The notes under the pieces: generated by a model
Told to the model about the DNA's origin: nothing
The model's input: the letters and a program-made list of their open reading frames with translations, nothing else
Databases searched by the model: none
Part shown: in pieces, positions 62,172 through 64,000 of the stretch
Layout: every line of letters begins with the position of its first letter
Position numbering within the stretch: position 1 is the first letter of the stretch
From: Eledone cirrhosa
Taxonomy: Eukaryota
DNA length: 64,000 nucleotides
Assembly (NCBI GenBank): GCA_964016885.1
Contig: OZ024740.1
Location: forward strand, 326,244,001 to 326,308,000
Direction of reading: 5' to 3'
Translations under genes and position numbers: made by a program

Positions 62172-62277
62172 TGTTTATTTACATGAATATTTCATATATG
62201 ATTCAATATACAACCCAATCATGTATATGAATGGTATGTATATTGAATCGTATATGAAATATTCATGTAAATAAACA
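62172..62277. repeat. 41-bp-arm AT-rich hairpin
   Basis: TGTTTATTTACATGAATATTTCATAT... pairs with ...ATATGAAATATTCATGTAAATAAACA, one mismatch. Confidence 0.85.
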
Positions 62278-63199
62278 TTTTTAGAGCCTTGTTATGAATT
62301 CCTTGACAGGCTGCTGTGTTGTGTTCTTGAACAAAATCATTTTATTTCACACTAGCAGCAGGACCCAGCGTTGCATGAAATAGCAACATGAAATAGCGAA
62401 ACATGAAATAGCAACACGCATATGCAAAGATTCAGGAATGTAGCTGTGTACTTTTTGAATTCCCTTATTCTCAGGGAATGATTGTTCATCTACTGGAAAC
62501 GTAGAACACCAGCAGGCAGAATCCAATAGTAGCGGTGTCAGTGGGCTGATTGCGGAAATCCTGTATGCGAAAAGAGTAAGTAAGTGTTGTGGGGCGATGT
62601 ATGTCGTAAGTCTGTTCACGTAGTCAATTGTGTGAAAACCAAGTAGGGATGAACGTTTAAGTAGGGATATTGAGATGACGAAATCAGCGTGGTACGCAGC
62701 TGTAGCAGAAGGGGGTCATAGTGCAATTAGCATAAACACTGGGCGGCACTGGTTGCACTGCATTTACACAGCAACAAAGGTGCGACAAAAGGGGTCACTG
62801 CGGAATTAGCACAACCGCTGTTCAGCGTACTTACGCAGGACGTTCATACTGCAGTGTAGGTGCAACAAAATGGGTCTTAGTAGAAGTAGCACAGACGTGA
62901 GTTTTACGGTGTCAATAACACGGCAACGTACACAGGGCCCGGATTTGTGCGTGATGAAAGTACGAAGCGTCAACAGGGTGCCGACAAATATTTTAAGGTC
63001 CTCCTCATTTCCTCAACCCCATGAAAATGGTCCTGCTTAAAAGTAAGTAAGTGTTGTGTCCTCTGTTAAATAAACTAAATTTTTTAACGAAATATTATAC
63101 GTTACTTACAATGTTTAAGTAGCGTTTATATTGAAAATGAAAAAGGCATGTAATGCCCAATGCTAATTCGTAAATTTCCTAGAAACCAATGGAATCGGA

Positions 63200-64000
63200 A
63201 ATCTTTTTGTCCACAGCAATGTGAGGGGACTAACTAATGTGTGCTGCAAATTTTGAGGAAATCGGTTGGATTATCTTTAAGTAACGCCTCAAAAAAGACT
63301 AAAAATGCCTAAAAAATGCGGTTTTTCGCCTAATGCGGACCCTAGGGCAGAAAAAATTAACATTTTTTTTTAGCCCATTGCACTTCAAGAAATATAAGTA
63401 ACGTATGTGTAAAGTTTGAAAAAAGTCGGTTGGGTACTTCTCGAGTTTTAGGGATTTACACAGACAGACAGACATCCTCTGTTTTATATATATACTAGCA
63501 TTAAAGCCCGGCGTTGCTCGAGGTCAGTAAGTTACCAAAGTTAGATTGCACTACCCATTTTATGGCAGCACTTTTTTGTCTGCCAGGCACTGGGTGAATG
63601 AATTGCAGACCTGGACTGCCGAAGCAGGAGCTGCGCCACCAGTGACAATTGTAGTTTCGCCTATGGATATTATCTCTGTGCAAAGAAGTGTTGAAATTTA
63701 TTGTTTCACAGTACTTGCGCAACACGCGCGTAGACGATGCCAGCCGAACAACAGAACTGCGATGGAGTTGCTCTACATGGCTGTCTAATGTGTGTTTTCT
63801 AAATTTAAGACAGTAGGGAGGGGTGTGATATGGGGGAGAGTTAGCTGCTGTTTCTAGCAGGTTTAGTGACCACATAGAGGATATTATTATGTATAGTAAA
63901 TGAACTGATACTTCTTTCTTCCACGTTCGTTGATAGATGTTTTAAAAAAGATTTATCGCTATTTTTTTTGTTGTTGAATAAATTTATCTGTTGCTTTTGA
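63200..64000 (-). mobile_element. Head-to-tail non-autonomous Helitrons
   Basis: A 3' end (hairpin CTCGAGCAACGCCGGG, then CTAG at 63495) abuts a TATATATAAAAC..(GTCT)n 5' end at ~63493. The 3' end matches that of 46247-47141. Confidence 0.7.

Overview
AT-rich, repeat-dense eukaryotic DNA. The single-exon tandem C2H2 zinc-finger cluster and the SINE/RTE repertoire suggest an octopus or other coleoid cephalopod (inference). Four intact, paralogous, KRAB-less C2H2-ZNF genes (12-23 canonical fingers; one on +, three on -) arose by duplication of a cassette that includes intron and flanks. They sit among transposon debris. A degraded RepHel Helitron (~34.9-46.2 kb) is split by a near-intact CsRn1-type Ty3/Gypsy element, a SINE and a piggyBac MITE. 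Also present: nested Merlin elements, an RT-less Tx1/L1 LINE, HERO/CRE/CR1/RTE fragments, irritans-mariner and Chapaev3-like relics, non-autonomous Helitrons and tRNA-SINEs. The most unusual signals are five or six dispersed minimal hammerhead-ribozyme motifs (one complete, at 57578-57638), often inside inverted-repeat modules; a Gypsy with a clean TSD but two largely dissimilar LTRs and a 32-nt tRNA-Trp PBS; an invariant C-terminal five-finger block plus an N-terminal IKTE SUMO motif in the ZNFs; and foldback or GC-repeat elements at the likely ZNF promoters. All calls come from reading the sequence by eye; no searches were run.
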